DNA of 62,865 bases, filler included, from Circinaria calcarea (Eukaryota), in the NCBI GenBank assembly GCA_051942165.1. It is 46 parts of 46 records of this genome, joined end to end, with 100 filler letters (N's around TTAATTAATTAA, not from the genome) between each part and the next. Parts side by side here need not be neighbours in the genome. Positions count along the whole stretch, not along the records: positions 61,612 to 62,865 come from JAVECS010005030.1; 45 more parts are not named here. One strand, 5' to 3'. Shown in pieces: positions 61,512 to 62,865 of the stretch (the stretch's first letter is position 1; each line of letters begins with the position of its first letter). The notes beneath the pieces were generated by a model. The model made no database searches and was not told the DNA's origin. It was given only the letters and a program-made list of their open reading frames with translations. The position numbers were made by a program, and so were the translations under genes.

Positions 61512-61611
61512 NNNNNNNNNNNNNNNNNNNNNNNNNNNNNNNNNNNNNNNNNNNNTTAATTAATTAANNNNNNNNNNNNNNNNNNNNNNNNNNNNNNNNN
61601 NNNNNNNNNNN

Positions 61612-62116
61612 TAATTGCAAATAAGAAAAAACTAAGAACCATTTCCTGCTTTCACAAAAACTTTTTTTTCTTATTGTCGCCTCCAGCTAACACAACATTA
61701 TAACTAGCACCTTTTGGATTTAATATAGGTGCAAGATCACTCCATTCTTTTAGCCCACCAAATATAAATATTGAATTTTCTAAAATATTTATTAATTCTA
61801 GATTAGTTAAATTAGAATAGAATTCTTGGTAACTAATTTTTTGGTATCATAGAAGACTATTTTTTTTTTCCAAATCTCTGGGTATTGTTATATTTATATC
61901 AGGACATTCAGTTTCATCAGTAACTCTAAAAATAGCACATCTATCAAATTTGTATTTAAAAAATTGTTTAGAGATAGCTTCTAAGGAAAATTCAGTGGTT
62001 TTTCGCAGGTGAGCTGCCTTAGTAAGTAATTGTAAATCAACAGCTTTACTAGAATCTGTTTTCTTAAATATGCACACAAAATCGCTAGAGTGAATTCTAA
62101 GAACATCATTTATCAT
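61612..62116 (-). CDS. AT-rich ORF open only if TGA is a sense codon (code 4); probably mitochondrial or mitochondrial-plasmid, partial
   Basis: 168 codons with no TAA/TAG; in-frame TGA at 61847-61849 and 61652-61654; runs off the contig end. Confidence 0.7.
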
Positions 62117-62865
62117 TTTTTTTTATCTTTTTTTTTAATAATTAATAAGAGGCAAATTCCTCTAAGAAAAAAGTTAAAAAAAAAAAGGGAGTGCCAAATC
62201 CTTTTTTTTTTAACTTTTTTTTCATAACATCATAAAAATAAAATACGAAAATTTCGTAATTATCTTTGATTTGTAATTTAATCTTCATTTGGTAATAAAC
62301 TTAGATTCTAGTTTTTTTTATAAAAAAAAATTATAAAATATTCTTTTTAATAGAGCTTTGATTTCATATATATATATGGATTTTTAATAGTTTTAATATG
62401 TGTTAAACTTAAAGCAAGTAAAACAAATTTATTTAATTAGATTTATAATAACTAATGCAAATAGATTAAAGATCTTAGTTCTAATAATATGAGATATCCA
62501 CCTAATTAAATAACACTCGAAATTATTTTTTTCCGTACCCTACAGTAAGTTTAATTTTTTTGATCCATTTCTCTTTTGTTTTATTCCATTTTTCTAAAAC
62601 AAAACTGATTACAATAAATTAATTAGATCTTAATAACATTGGTTTATAATTAAGATCAAACAAAAAACACGCCACTTCGGTTTAACACAAGCGAAAAGAT
62701 TTGAAAGACCTCATCTCTATATCTAGTTTAGAAAAAAAACTTTTTTTCAGCACCTGTCCCCTTTTTTTTTAATTAATTAGTAAATATTACTCATTTTAAT
62801 AGCTTCGTAGTTTAAATTAAATAATAAGTTATAAGTATAATAATGTAATCCATCTAATATAGGTG

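Overview
This is not one locus. It is 46 short contigs (1282 down to 1254 bp, sorted by length) joined by an artificial 100-nt linker (N44-TTAATTAATTAA-N44, stop codons in all six frames), so neighbourhood across linkers means nothing. Almost all contigs are nuclear DNA of a filamentous ascomycete, judged from short GT-AG introns with CTRAC branch sites and RIP-like mutated repeats. They carry fragments of housekeeping genes (YAT1, CRN1, RIO1, IKS1, ERG1, NDUFA13, TRM10, SPS19, DDB1, UPS2, EGD1, GNA1, CSN4, IDI1, Tudor-SN, MRPL7, OST1, OXA1, PUT1), a non-reducing PKS thioesterase domain, a P450 and two NLR-associated N-terminal domains. Several of these are missed by the ORF track because they are spliced or cut by a contig end. 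Most notable: (i) the last contig is extremely AT-rich and its ORF reads through two TGA codons, suggesting genetic code 4 (mitochondrion or mitochondrial plasmid); (ii) a 151-bp MITE with CAC termini and a 5-bp target duplication (Transib/RAG-like signature) lies next to a 178-bp solo LTR inserted in a dispersed repeat; (iii) an epoxide hydrolase has two consecutive GC-AG introns; (iv) one LTR family occurs in three copies with RIP-type differences, one interrupting a Zn-dehydrogenase pseudogene; (v) an unidentified protein has a 26-aa tandem repeat. All family assignments come from recognising motifs by eye; no searches were run.
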